From: Patescibacteria group bacterium
GTDB taxonomy: Bacteria; Patescibacteriota; Patescibacteriia; UBA2196
DNA: 64,000 bases
Direction of reading: 5' to 3'
Assembly: GCA_036845805.1 (NCBI GenBank)
Contig: DAIUDD010000002.1
Span: 129,112-193,111 of the forward strand
Positions 17,894 through 25,907 of this stretch are shown piece after piece. Below the pieces are notes generated by a model. The model had not been told where the DNA came from and ran no database searches. It worked only from the letters and a program-made list of their open reading frames with translations. The position numbers were made by a program, and so were the translations under genes. Positions within the stretch are counted from its first letter, which is position 1. Each line of letters begins with the position of its first letter.

Positions 17894-18610
17894 TTAAAGA
17901 TGGTGCTTTTGTTTAATTATTTTTTTAGCTAATTCATATTCTTTAACTTTTTTTAACCAAGTCAGGCGATAAAAAAATTTAGGCAGCCAAGAACTCATGG
18001 TACCATGACTTTTAGATTGCCACAAGAGTTCGGGTAGAAAAATTCCTGTTTCATGGTGGGCTAAAAGAGCCAGCCATAAATCCCAATCTTGAAATTTTTT
18101 TAATGATTCATCCCAAGGGATATTGGGAAAAGATAATTTTTCCAAAGCCCGGCGGCGAATTAAAGACATGGTGGAAATGTAATTATTTTGTTTTAATTTT
18201 TCTTGGTCAAAGGGAAAAAGTTTAAAAGTTTTCCAACCAAATTTAAAAGATGAGTATGAGTAGGCTTTATCTAGGTTATTTTCTAAAACATTAAGCATTT
18301 TTTCTAAAGCATTATTTTTTAAAAAAATTACATCGCTATCACAGAAAAAAATATACTCTCCAGTTGATTTTTGCCAGCCAAAATTTCTGGCTTTGGCTGC
18401 ACCAGAATGATCAATAAAATATTTCTGTAATTTTAATCCTTTAATTTCTAAATTTCTCAATTTCTCAATTTCTTTACTCCCATCATCAACCACGATTATC
18501 TCTATTTCATCTTTATACAATTCAAAAATTGTCTGCGGTTTTAAATTGTTTAGCAGTTTGGTTAAATTTTTTTCATTATTATAAACAGGAATAATAATAG
18601 ATAACAACAT
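17894..18610 (-). CDS. Glycosyltransferase family 2
   Basis: 'LSIIIPVYNNEKNL...IEIIVVDDGS' with DxD 'CDSD'. ATG start at 18610 preferred over the ORF-track TTG start at 18628. Confidence 0.75.
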   Translation of the reverse strand: MLLSIIIPVYNNEKNLTKLLNNLKPQTIFELYKDEIEIIVVDDGSKEIEKLRNLEIKGLKLQKYFIDHSGAAKARNFGWQKSTGEYIFFCDSDVIFLKNNALEKMLNVLENNLDKAYSYSSFKFGWKTFKLFPFDQEKLKQNNYISTMSLIRRRALEKLSFPNIPWDESLKKFQDWDLWLALLAHHETGIFLPELLWQSKSHGTMSSWLPKFFYRLTWLKKVKEYELAKKIIKQKHHL

Positions 18611-18656
18611 AAAAATAGCGCTTGACAATTTTAGAAAGATAAATTAAAATAAAAAG

Positions 18657-18912
18657 CACCAAAAAAATAAAGTTGGGAAGGAGGCATCATTGGTTTTGGT
18701 AAACCAAATTTACCGCGGAAATGATGTTGGTTCAAAAGAGACTTTTGTGCGAGTGGTTAGTCACCACGAGCATAAAAACGAAGTCCAGTATCATTTCTGT
18801 GATCAAAACGGCAGAGCTAAAACCGGGCTCGTAAGCCGGACGACGGAGAGTTTTTTATCTCTTTTTAGACTGGCTTAAAAACACCACAGACGATGAACGC
18901 ATGTTTGTCGTC
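18657..18912 (+). ncRNA. Candidate structured non-coding RNA (about 250 nt, unclassified) with its own promoter and intrinsic terminator
   Basis: TTGACA (18623-18628)-N16-TAAAAT on the plus strand between two minus-strand genes. Nested helices (GGCATCATTGG..GGTAAA/TTTACC..CCAACATCATTTCC; CCGG-GCTCGTAAG-CCGG; GGAGAG-TTTTTTAT-CTCTTT). Terminator GACGA..TCGTC+TTTTTTATT at about 18878-18912. The in-frame 62-aa TTG ORF looks non-protein-like. Confidence 0.3.
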
Positions 18913-18916
18913 TTTT

Positions 18917-20131
18917 TTATTTTTCTAAAACTTTTATTATATTGTCAACTAAATCATCAATATTTTCTGGATTAACAAAATTTGCTTTAAAATAATTCTG
19001 TAAAGATTCTTTAATGCCGCCAACATCCGAGGTAATAATTGGTAAATTAAATTCTTGGGCCTCTAAAAAAACCACGCCAAAACTTTCAGTATCTGTTGAA
19101 GGCGAGGTTCCGGAACCTCGCCTTCGAGGAGTCATAATAAACGCGTCGGCCAACTCATAATAATTAGGCAAATCTTGGTGTGGCACAGAACCAGCAAAAA
19201 TTACCCTATCGACACTTTTTATTTGAAAAGTGCCAGCCACATCATCCCCTCCTTTCGAAGGAGGGGCCTCTCGGCGATTAGCCGGAGGGGGAGGTAATAA
19301 TTCGTTGGCAATTTTAATTAATCTGTTTTTATCTGGGCCATCGCCAATAATTAGATAAACCAAATCTGGAATTTTCTGCCAAACTTTTGGCAAAGATTCA
19401 AGCACCCGATCAATACCTTTAGATTCTACCAAGCGCGCCACAGTTAATAAAACTTTTTTGTTAGCTAAATTATATTTTTCTTTTAATTCTGCTACTTTCT
19501 GTGGATCAACCATTTCTTTTTTTAATGTATTAACTGGATAAACAATTCTTATTTTTTCCGGCTGAACTTTAAAATCATTGATTAAAATATTTTTAGTAAA
19601 TTCAGTGTTGGCCTCAACAAATTCGGCGTCCTTCAAGATTTTCTTAGCTAACAAAAATTTGCGTTTATTCTTTTTGGCACGAAGCAAATCATTACCGTGG
19701 CAGGTGACAAAGTAAATTATGTCATTCCCGCCCCGCAAAATGCGGGGGGAATCCCCTTGAACTACGAGATCCTCACTTTTGTGAGGATGACAATGAGAAA
19801 ATAAATTCATTATTTTACAGATTAACCAAACCGCTGTGCCCACTGGCAAAATTTGCCCTGCCCATAAACGTTTAATTTTTTCTTTTTTTGCTATTTTATA
19901 AATGTGCCAAACTAAAGGCAGCCAGTGGGGCCAGATAAAACGCCAAAAAAAATGCTTATAAATTAATTTAAAATCATAAATCTTAAATCGTAAATCATAA
20001 ATCTCTGATTTATTCATCAAAACAACCACTGTCTTACCGGTATCAACCACCTGTCTGACTCTTTGCCTATAATAATTGGCAATGCCACCGATTAGGGGCG
20101 GAAAATCCATGGTAATTAAAAGCGTTTTCAT
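18917..20131 (-). CDS. Glycosyltransferase family 4 (GT-B) carrying multiple in-frame palindromic-repeat insertions
   Basis: C-terminal GT4 core 'VIFAGSVPHQDLPNYYELADAFIMTP...ESFGVVFLEAQEFNLPIITSDVGGIKE'. Segments 'PPPPANRREAPPSKGGD', 'RRRGSGTSPSTDT', 'CHPHKSEDL' and 'GDSPRILRGG' are encoded by hairpin repeats (see findings). Confidence 0.75.
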   Translation of the reverse strand: MKTLLITMDFPPLIGGIANYYRQRVRQVVDTGKTVVVLMNKSEIYDLRFKIYDFKLIYKHFFWRFIWPHWLPLVWHIYKIAKKEKIKRLWAGQILPVGTAVWLICKIMNLFSHCHPHKSEDLVVQGDSPRILRGGNDIIYFVTCHGNDLLRAKKNKRKFLLAKKILKDAEFVEANTEFTKNILINDFKVQPEKIRIVYPVNTLKKEMVDPQKVAELKEKYNLANKKVLLTVARLVESKGIDRVLESLPKVWQKIPDLVYLIIGDGPDKNRLIKIANELLPPPPANRREAPPSKGGDDVAGTFQIKSVDRVIFAGSVPHQDLPNYYELADAFIMTPRRRGSGTSPSTDTESFGVVFLEAQEFNLPIITSDVGGIKESLQNYFKANFVNPENIDDLVDNIIKVLEK

Positions 20132-20205
20132 GGCTTAATTTTATTAAATTTAAGCCGAAAAAGCAAATTAAAAACAGGCGCTAAACCTGTTTAATAAATA
20201 AGCAA

Positions 20206-21672
20206 TTATAATGACTTTTTAATTCTTAAAGACAATAAAATGTCATTTAATTCCTGGCGGGTAAAAAAACCAAATAAAAACAAGGCCAAAAAATAAACTA
20301 AGGCGCCTAAAATAATTAGATATATAAAATGAATTTTAAACAATAAGAGCCATAAAACGAAAACCATAATAATGCCGGCAAGCAAGCTTTGTAAAAAACT
20401 GGTTAATAAATATTTTTTATTATATTTTAAAATTTTGTTAGTGGCATAAATTCCTAAAACAAAAAGCACGACAGTGCTCACTAATGAGGAAATGGCGCCA
20501 CCAACATAAGTTAAGCGCGGAATTAAAAAAATATTTAAAAGAGTGTTAACCGCCACAGCCACACCAATTTGCTTGGTGTTTTGCAGCTGTTTAGAGCAGG
20601 CATTTAAAAGCGAGCCAATGGGAAAAGTTAAAAATAAAAAGATGAGCGAGCCGGCTAAAATCTGCAGTGGCAAAATGGCGCCATAATATTCGCGGCCAAA
20701 AATTTGGGGCACAAAATCCGGCGCTAAAATTAAAAGCCCGCCGGCAATGGGCGCGCTAATGAACATTAAATAGCGCATGGCTTTTTCAAAAGTACGCGCT
20801 AACTTTTCCTGGTCAGTGGCAAAAAATTCTGACAAGGCTGGGAAAAGAGCGGCCACAAAAGCCAGGGGCAAAAAATGAATGGCTAAAATTATTTTTGTCG
20901 CGACCGAATAGATGCCGACATTGGCATCGCAAATAGCTTGGGTAGCGCAACCAATTTTGGATAAAAAAATCGTATCAATTTGGGTATTAAGGCGCGCTAA
21001 AATTCCGGTCAAAGCAAAAGGCCAGGCAATAATTAAAAGTTTTTTGGCTAAAGAACGATCAATTTGTATAGTCGGAATAAGATGAGTGCGCCGGCGCATT
21101 TCCCAATAACTAAAAAAACACAAAAAAGAGCTGCCCATCAAAACAGCCAAAACCTGCACCACCACCCCCAAATCTAGGATTAACAAAATTGCGCCGACAA
21201 TAATTACTAATGATTCAAAAAAAACAATCCCCGCGCTTTCATATTTTAAATTTTGGTGGCCACGAAGCACACCCCAAAAAGTATTGGAAAAAGTATCAAG
21301 GAGCATAATAACACCGGTCAAATAAACCAAATTTTTGGTAATTTCCGGATAGTCCATGAGATTAATTAAAATCACAACGAATAAATAGACAAATAAACTT
21401 AAAAATAATTTTATACCAAGCACGTTGGCGAGAATTTCTTTGGTCCGGCTCCGATCTTTGGCAATCTCACGGGTTAAAACAGAATTCAAACCGACATCAA
21501 CAAAAACACTAAAAATAGTGGTGAACGAAAAAGCAAAAGTATAACGACCCAAATCTTCCACGCCTAAACCGCGCGCTAAAAAAGTAAAATAAACAAAAGC
21601 CAAGACTTTTTGAAATACTAAAGCTAAAGTATAATAAGTGGTGTTTTGAGTTAAGGTTTTAGCTTGGACCAT
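20206..21672 (-). CDS. Polysaccharide biosynthesis/export flippase (MOP superfamily, Wzx/MurJ-like), about 14 TM
   Basis: 488 aa, highly hydrophobic; N-terminus 'YYTLALVFQKVLAFVYFTFLARGLGVEDLGRYTFAFS' typical of Wzx/PST family. Confidence 0.7.
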   Translation of the reverse strand: MVQAKTLTQNTTYYTLALVFQKVLAFVYFTFLARGLGVEDLGRYTFAFSFTTIFSVFVDVGLNSVLTREIAKDRSRTKEILANVLGIKLFLSLFVYLFVVILINLMDYPEITKNLVYLTGVIMLLDTFSNTFWGVLRGHQNLKYESAGIVFFESLVIIVGAILLILDLGVVVQVLAVLMGSSFLCFFSYWEMRRRTHLIPTIQIDRSLAKKLLIIAWPFALTGILARLNTQIDTIFLSKIGCATQAICDANVGIYSVATKIILAIHFLPLAFVAALFPALSEFFATDQEKLARTFEKAMRYLMFISAPIAGGLLILAPDFVPQIFGREYYGAILPLQILAGSLIFLFLTFPIGSLLNACSKQLQNTKQIGVAVAVNTLLNIFLIPRLTYVGGAISSLVSTVVLFVLGIYATNKILKYNKKYLLTSFLQSLLAGIIMVFVLWLLLFKIHFIYLIILGALVYFLALFLFGFFTRQELNDILLSLRIKKSL

Positions 21673-21871
21673 ACAAATTTTATCCCCTCCTTACTAAGGA
21701 GGGGCCTCTCGCCACAAAGTGGCGGAGGGGGGGTTAAGAAAAACAAATTACTTTTAGTTTAGCAAAAAAATGTCAATCTGACAAAATATAAAAATCTCAT
21801 ATTTTCTACACTTGCCTCGAAAATGTAAAACTTTGTTTTACGTTTCACTCGCTCACTTGAAAATAAAAAGC

Positions 21872-21896
21872 GGGTCGTTCTTACGAACGACCCGCA
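21872..21896 (-). terminator. Rho-independent terminator (GCGGGTCGTTC-GTAAGA-ACGACCCGC + T-run on minus strand)
   Basis: 10-bp GC stem directly downstream of the 21911 stop. Confidence 0.6.
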
Positions 21897-21910
21897 CGAT
21901 GTAGCGCAAG

Positions 21911-22495
21911 CTATTTGATTTTGTAACTGCCCGCAACAAGAAACATTGGAGCGTTGTCGCGGATGTTATATGTTGATGAAACTTCAATCACGGCTGGCCC
22001 CGCCGGGATTGAGTATTTCATATATGGGAGATTCATCGGCTTCTCTCGCAAATAATGCAGAAGAGAATAGCCGAGGCCTAATTTACCAACCGAGACATCA
22101 ACGGCTTGGTAACCAAAGCCAAAATTGATGTCCCAGCCGGGGTGCTGCGGCCGACCAAAGAAAATTCCGTTCCAGCTTGTGAAGCTTAGGAATTTCCACG
22201 GGCTGAAAACCGCAATCGGCGCTACCCACATGGCGTTGTTCTGCTGGCCAAAAGTCGGGCCGCAGAAAAAACTACCATGCTTTTTCATCAACACCACCTG
22301 GCCCAGAGTGGCGTTGACTTCAAGAGAGAGCAGGTCACCATGGGCATTGGCCATGGTGCCGATGGCACCAACTCCGGACGAGAGCGCACTCTCTCCAGAG
22401 TAGATCTTCGCCTCGGCGAGGCGAAAACCTTGGGCCAACACAGCCCCGGCCAAAAACACAACAGCCAGAACAAAAACCAACAAAAACTTTTTCAT
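21911..22495 (-). CDS. Secreted hypothetical protein (signal peptide; beta-rich, OmpW/PagL-like size)
   Basis: N-terminal 'MKKFLLVFVLAVVFLAGAVLAQG' signal peptide; alternating hydrophobic pattern; local GC clearly above window average. Confidence 0.45.
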   Translation of the reverse strand: MKKFLLVFVLAVVFLAGAVLAQGFRLAEAKIYSGESALSSGVGAIGTMANAHGDLLSLEVNATLGQVVLMKKHGSFFCGPTFGQQNNAMWVAPIAVFSPWKFLSFTSWNGIFFGRPQHPGWDINFGFGYQAVDVSVGKLGLGYSLLHYLREKPMNLPYMKYSIPAGPAVIEVSSTYNIRDNAPMFLVAGSYKIK

Positions 22496-22528
22496 AAATA
22501 ATCCTCCCTAATTTTATATGTGAAAAAA

Positions 22529-23404
22529 TTAAAATTGCTGCTGGAATAAAATTCCCCAGCCGTTTTGATTGTTGCTCGCTAACTTAAACAAATTAAAGCG
22601 AACAACAGTCTTTGAACTGGGAGAAAAATTAACCCCAGCGCTCCAGCCATTGGTTGTTTTGTCACCAACTTTAAGCGACTCAACTAAACCAACCAGCTGA
22701 AAATATTTGTTTAGATCAAACGTTGACATGATCCAGCGGCCGATCTTTTGACCGTTGTAGTCAATATTGTTTTGCCCTCCATTGATCCAAAACATTTTAT
22801 ACTTCCACGTTAGGTCGCCGCCCAAAATTTGGCGATAACCATCAGGCTGCTGACCAGACCAACAAATCACTCCTGGTGTAAAACCAAAAGATAAATTGTA
22901 GGTCGCGCGACCAGTAAAATCCAAGGACTTATTATCGTCCTTGAATTTAGATGTGCCATTGGTCACGCCGACCATGGCCCAAATTCCCTTCCAATTTTCC
23001 TGCGCGAATACACCTAAGCCATATGGGTGGCTAAACAAAGCAACAGGATAATTAAGAATGGGTAAATTATGCGGCCCTGGAAATTGATATGAAATCGGAT
23101 CCAGGGTTCTTCCGACAATCAGCTTCGGCATCCACTCCTTTGGAAACTGAAAATTAATTTGAGCAAAGCCAAGTTCTGGCTTGCCCTCTTTGTCAAAGTC
23201 GGTATAGGTAACATAACCGACTTTAATATTTTTAATTCCAATTTCCACTGGTCCGGTAAGTATTACTCGAACCTTAGGAATGGAAAATCCACTGGAATCG
23301 GCCTTGATCTGGCCAAAACCAGACACAGTGGCTCCGTTTTCACCAGCAATAAGCTGGCTAACCAGAACCAAAATAACCACGATGCTAAAGAAAAAATTTT
23401 TCAT
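22529..23404 (-). CDS. Secreted hypothetical protein with outer-membrane beta-barrel-like features (C-terminal ...GWGILFQQQF)
   Basis: Signal peptide 'MKNFFFSIVVILVLVSQLIAG'; 291 aa rich in G/Y/W/F/N with alternating pattern and a terminal Phe; GC-rich relative to surroundings. Confidence 0.45.
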   Translation of the reverse strand: MKNFFFSIVVILVLVSQLIAGENGATVSGFGQIKADSSGFSIPKVRVILTGPVEIGIKNIKVGYVTYTDFDKEGKPELGFAQINFQFPKEWMPKLIVGRTLDPISYQFPGPHNLPILNYPVALFSHPYGLGVFAQENWKGIWAMVGVTNGTSKFKDDNKSLDFTGRATYNLSFGFTPGVICWSGQQPDGYRQILGGDLTWKYKMFWINGGQNNIDYNGQKIGRWIMSTFDLNKYFQLVGLVESLKVGDKTTNGWSAGVNFSPSSKTVVRFNLFKLASNNQNGWGILFQQQF

Positions 23405-23680
23405 TTTGAACTCCTATTCTTTTGATTTATAAATGAACATTTTTCTTTTTATTTAATAAAAAAACTTCTCCATAGAGAAGAAGATTAAAAAATATGCGCT
23501 GAAAGACCTATATAAATAATACTTTATAAGTCTTTTTCTCTCTTCTCTAATTATAGTTAGTATAGCACAAATAGAATTTTTGTCAATATTTTTATTAAAT
23601 TCTAGCTAATATTGGCTAAATTTATCTAATAAAAAACTGGCCCAAGATTATGAGCCAGATGATTTATAAAAAACTTAAAA

Positions 23681-23977
23681 TTATTTTAAATAAAATTGAT
23701 AAACAATAAAGCCATCAACAATTAGACCAGCAATGCCAATTAATAAAAGAATAATTATACACCAGCGCGGTACCTGATGATATTTTTTTAAAATAAAAAA
23801 AGACAAAATTATAATATAACAGAAACAAATAATGCCAAAGATGTCGAAAAATTGTGGTGGTAACATATTTTTATTGGATAATATTTGGTGTTTACTTGAT
23901 AAAATCCGAGCCAATTGGAACCAAGTTATTGAAGTAATAATACCAATGCAACCGCAATAAGAAAAAGGGCGAGCCAA
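23681..23977 (-). CDS. Small membrane protein (hypothetical)
   Basis: 98 aa, 3 TM helices; terminator hairpin CTGGCCCAAG..GAGCCAG+T-run just downstream. Confidence 0.35.
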   Translation of the reverse strand: MARPFSYCGCIGIITSITWFQLARILSSKHQILSNKNMLPPQFFDIFGIICFCYIIILSFFILKKYHQVPRWCIIILLLIGIAGLIVDGFIVYQFYLK

Positions 23978-24243
23978 CCAAGAGTAACTAAAAGCAAAAT
24001 AATTGCCTCTTTTTTCGAGCCGCCAAGATATAAATAAATTGGTCTACCAAAAACCAAGAGCCCGGTAACGGTTGCTGATATTATAAAAAGCAGCAACATA
24101 AAAATGGGGATAAATAAATTAGGCTCCGGCACTTCCCCAAATAATGATTTAGTATTGGATAATAATCCCGCTACGGCGGATACATAAACCAAAACGCTAA
24201 ATGCACTGATTAAACTTTTTATAAGATAATCTTTTTTCTTCAT
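23926..24243 (-). CDS. Small membrane protein (hypothetical)
   Basis: 105 aa, 3 TM helices; overlaps the downstream ORF in a different frame. Confidence 0.35.
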   Translation of the reverse strand: MKKKDYLIKSLISAFSVLVYVSAVAGLLSNTKSLFGEVPEPNLFIPIFMLLLFIISATVTGLLVFGRPIYLYLGGSKKEAIILLLVTLGWLALFLIAVALVLLLQ

Positions 24244-24278
24244 AAAATTAATAGCTACGCGTAGTCTGTTGTAAATTT

Positions 24279-24350
24279 TGGTGGACCCTACCGGGCTCGA
24301 ACCGTTTTAAAGCAATACTATTGCTTTAAAACCCTCCGCGTTGCTATGCT
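24279..24350 (-). pseudogene. tRNA-like 3' fragment (13-bp hairpin + T-arm + acceptor 3' strand + CCA) without a matching 5' acceptor strand
   Basis: Reverse complement GCATAGCAACGCGGAGGG-[TTTTAAAGCAATA-G-TATTGCTTTAAAA]-CGGTTCGAGCCCGGTAGGGTCCACCA. The complementary GGACCCT is absent nearby. The 3' end GGTCCACCA is identical to the 3' end of the adjacent tRNA-Ala. Confidence 0.4.
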
Positions 24351-24377
24351 AAATTCTGGAATTAAAATAATGTCATT

Positions 24378-24453
24378 TGGTGGACCGATGGGGACTCGAA
24401 CCCCAGACCCTCGCGTTGCAAACGCGATGCTCTACCAACTGAGCTATCGGCCC
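24378..24453 (-). tRNA. tRNA-Ala (TGC), CCA encoded
   Basis: GGGCCGA-TA-GCTC..GAGC-A-TCGCG-TTTGCAA-CGCGA-..-TGGGG-TTCGAGT-CCCCA-TCGGTCC-A-CCA, with the G3:U70 Ala identity pair present. Confidence 0.85.
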
Positions 24454-24590
24454 GAAAATTAAATTGTTACTGTTGTCATCCTGAACTTGTTTCAGGATCT
24501 CAATTAACTAGTTATTATTGATGCAAAGAGATGCTGAAATAAATTCAGCATAACATAATAAAAAAATTTTATATTTTAAAGATGATTATT

Positions 24591-24842
24591 TTATTCTCCT
24601 CCAAGTCGGCGCCCGGGCGCAAAAACAGCTAATAAAATTTCTTGCATTAAGCCAGTCATCCACATTAAAGCCAAAATAATAATAATCAAGCCAATTAATT
24701 TATACAGGGTGCGCGAACCGCCCCAGGTGCCAAATTTAGCTTCGGCCCAGGCAGAATAATCAAAAAAGTTTAAAATCCATTCGGTTTTGACGACCATAAA
24801 ACAACCAATAGCGATAAAAAGAAAAGAAATAAAGTATTTCAT
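24591..24842 (-). CDS. Small membrane protein (hypothetical, 2 TM)
   Basis: 83-aa ORF, hydrophobic. Confidence 0.35.
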   Translation of the reverse strand: MKYFISFLFIAIGCFMVVKTEWILNFFDYSAWAEAKFGTWGGSRTLYKLIGLIIIILALMWMTGLMQEILLAVFAPGRRLGGE

Positions 24843-24906
24843 AAGAATTTAGATTCCTGATCCACCGCAAATGCGGGGCAGGCAGGTCGGGAATGACAAA
24901 ATGATT

Positions 24907-24982
24907 TGGTGGGCAGTATAGGACTCGAACCTATGACATCTTCGATGTAAACGAAGCGCTCTACCAACTGAGCTAACTGCCC
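24907..24982 (-). tRNA. tRNA-Val (TAC), CCA encoded
   Basis: GGGCAGT-TA-GCTC..GAGC-G-CTTCG-TTTACAT-CGAAG-..-ATAGG-TTCGAGT-CCTAT-ACTGCCC-A-CCA. Confidence 0.85.
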
Positions 24983-25452
24983 ATTTTTTCCATTTCTTTT
25001 AGTTTCTCTTGCCACCAATTATTAATAGCCTCTCTGTGTTGGGTGGGCCCCATTTGACGAAAATAAGTAACTTTGTCTTTTAAAATTTTTCGATAATAGT
25101 TATAAATTTTTTTATCAGACAAAACCATTAAACTTATTTTTAAATCGGCCAATTCTTTCCGTTTAAGAAATTCTGGATCACGATAACGATTAATGGATAA
25201 ATCAAAATCTAGTGGAATAATTTGAAATTTGTTTTTAATAATTTTTTTAGCCAAAGTTTTTATTTTTAAGACGCGGGTCTGTTCTACAAAAATAAAAATA
25301 TTTTTATCAATCTTTGTGTTTTCAATTATTTTATTAGCAAAAAGAATATTTTCCATGGTAGATAAAGATTTATTTTCCAGTTTATATTGCCAACTCTTGG
25401 TGTAATTTTTAACAAAATCTCTTTTAGCAAAAAATAAAAACAGTTTTTTCAT
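24973..25452 (-). CDS. Hypothetical protein (Lys/Ile-rich)
   Basis: 159-aa ORF; C-terminus overlaps the tRNA-Val 5' end by 10 nt; no family recognised. Confidence 0.35.
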   Translation of the reverse strand: MKKLFLFFAKRDFVKNYTKSWQYKLENKSLSTMENILFANKIIENTKIDKNIFIFVEQTRVLKIKTLAKKIIKNKFQIIPLDFDLSINRYRDPEFLKRKELADLKISLMVLSDKKIYNYYRKILKDKVTYFRQMGPTQHREAINNWWQEKLKEMEKMGS

Positions 25453-25458
25453 TTCTGC

Positions 25459-25653
25459 TTATTCTGTTCTGGTATAAGGCTTAAAAATATCTGTATTACC
25501 ACCACAAAAAATTATGACCGGTTTGTTTTCATCTTTATTTAAACAAATCTGATAGATATGATTAAACACCAATCCCAAATATTTTCTGTAGGGTTCATCC
25601 TTTAAGATATCTTTCGGAATACCATAACCGGGTATTATAAAAATATTTTTCAT
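25459..25653 (-). CDS. Hypothetical small protein (DUF218/YdcF-like fragment?)
   Basis: 64 aa 'MKNIFIIPGYG...VIIFCGGNTD'. The longer ORF-track start would run through tRNA-Leu, so the internal ATG at 25653 was chosen. Confidence 0.3.
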   Translation of the reverse strand: MKNIFIIPGYGIPKDILKDEPYRKYLGLVFNHIYQICLNKDENKPVIIFCGGNTDIFKPYTRTE

Positions 25654-25735
25654 AATTTTTATTTGCAAACGAGAGGACTTGCCGTGCCCCACATAGGGTG
25701 CGTGATCCGCCTTTGGCGGAAACTCTTTATAAAAA

Positions 25736-25819
25736 TGCCGAGGAGAGGATTTGAACCTCCAAACCCTTGCGGGTGCTACCACCTCAAGGTAGTGCGTCTA
25801 CCAGTTTCGCCACCTCGGC
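25736..25819 (-). tRNA. tRNA-Leu (GAG), long variable arm
   Basis: GCCGAGG-TG-GCGAAACTGGTAGACGC-A-CTACC-TTGAGGT-GGTAG-CACCCGCAAGGGTTT-GGAGG-TTCAAAT-CCTCT-CCTCGGC-A. Confidence 0.85.
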
Positions 25820-25907
25820 ATATTGTCTACTGCGTCCGTATAATAATTAAAAACGACCACTAATGATCGTTTTTTATTATAACAAAATAATCAATTTAAG
25901 CAAGAAA

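Noticed and set aside
18690-18878. 62-aa ORF inside the candidate ncRNA
   Set aside because: TTG start, no protein-like composition, and co-extensive with nested RNA helices and a terminator; more likely RNA.
18657-18912. Assignment as RNase P RNA or tmRNA
   Set aside because: No P4 'AGGAAAGUCCGGGCUCC' / 'ACAGAAACCCGGCUUA'-type pairing, no tag-peptide ORF ending in ALAA, no tRNA-like 3' end; too short for either.
24973-25653. Possible single DUF218/YdcF gene split into two ORFs
   Set aside because: The two ORFs are in different frames with 6 nt between them, but I could not recognise the DUF218 core in the downstream ORF; kept as separate hypotheticals.
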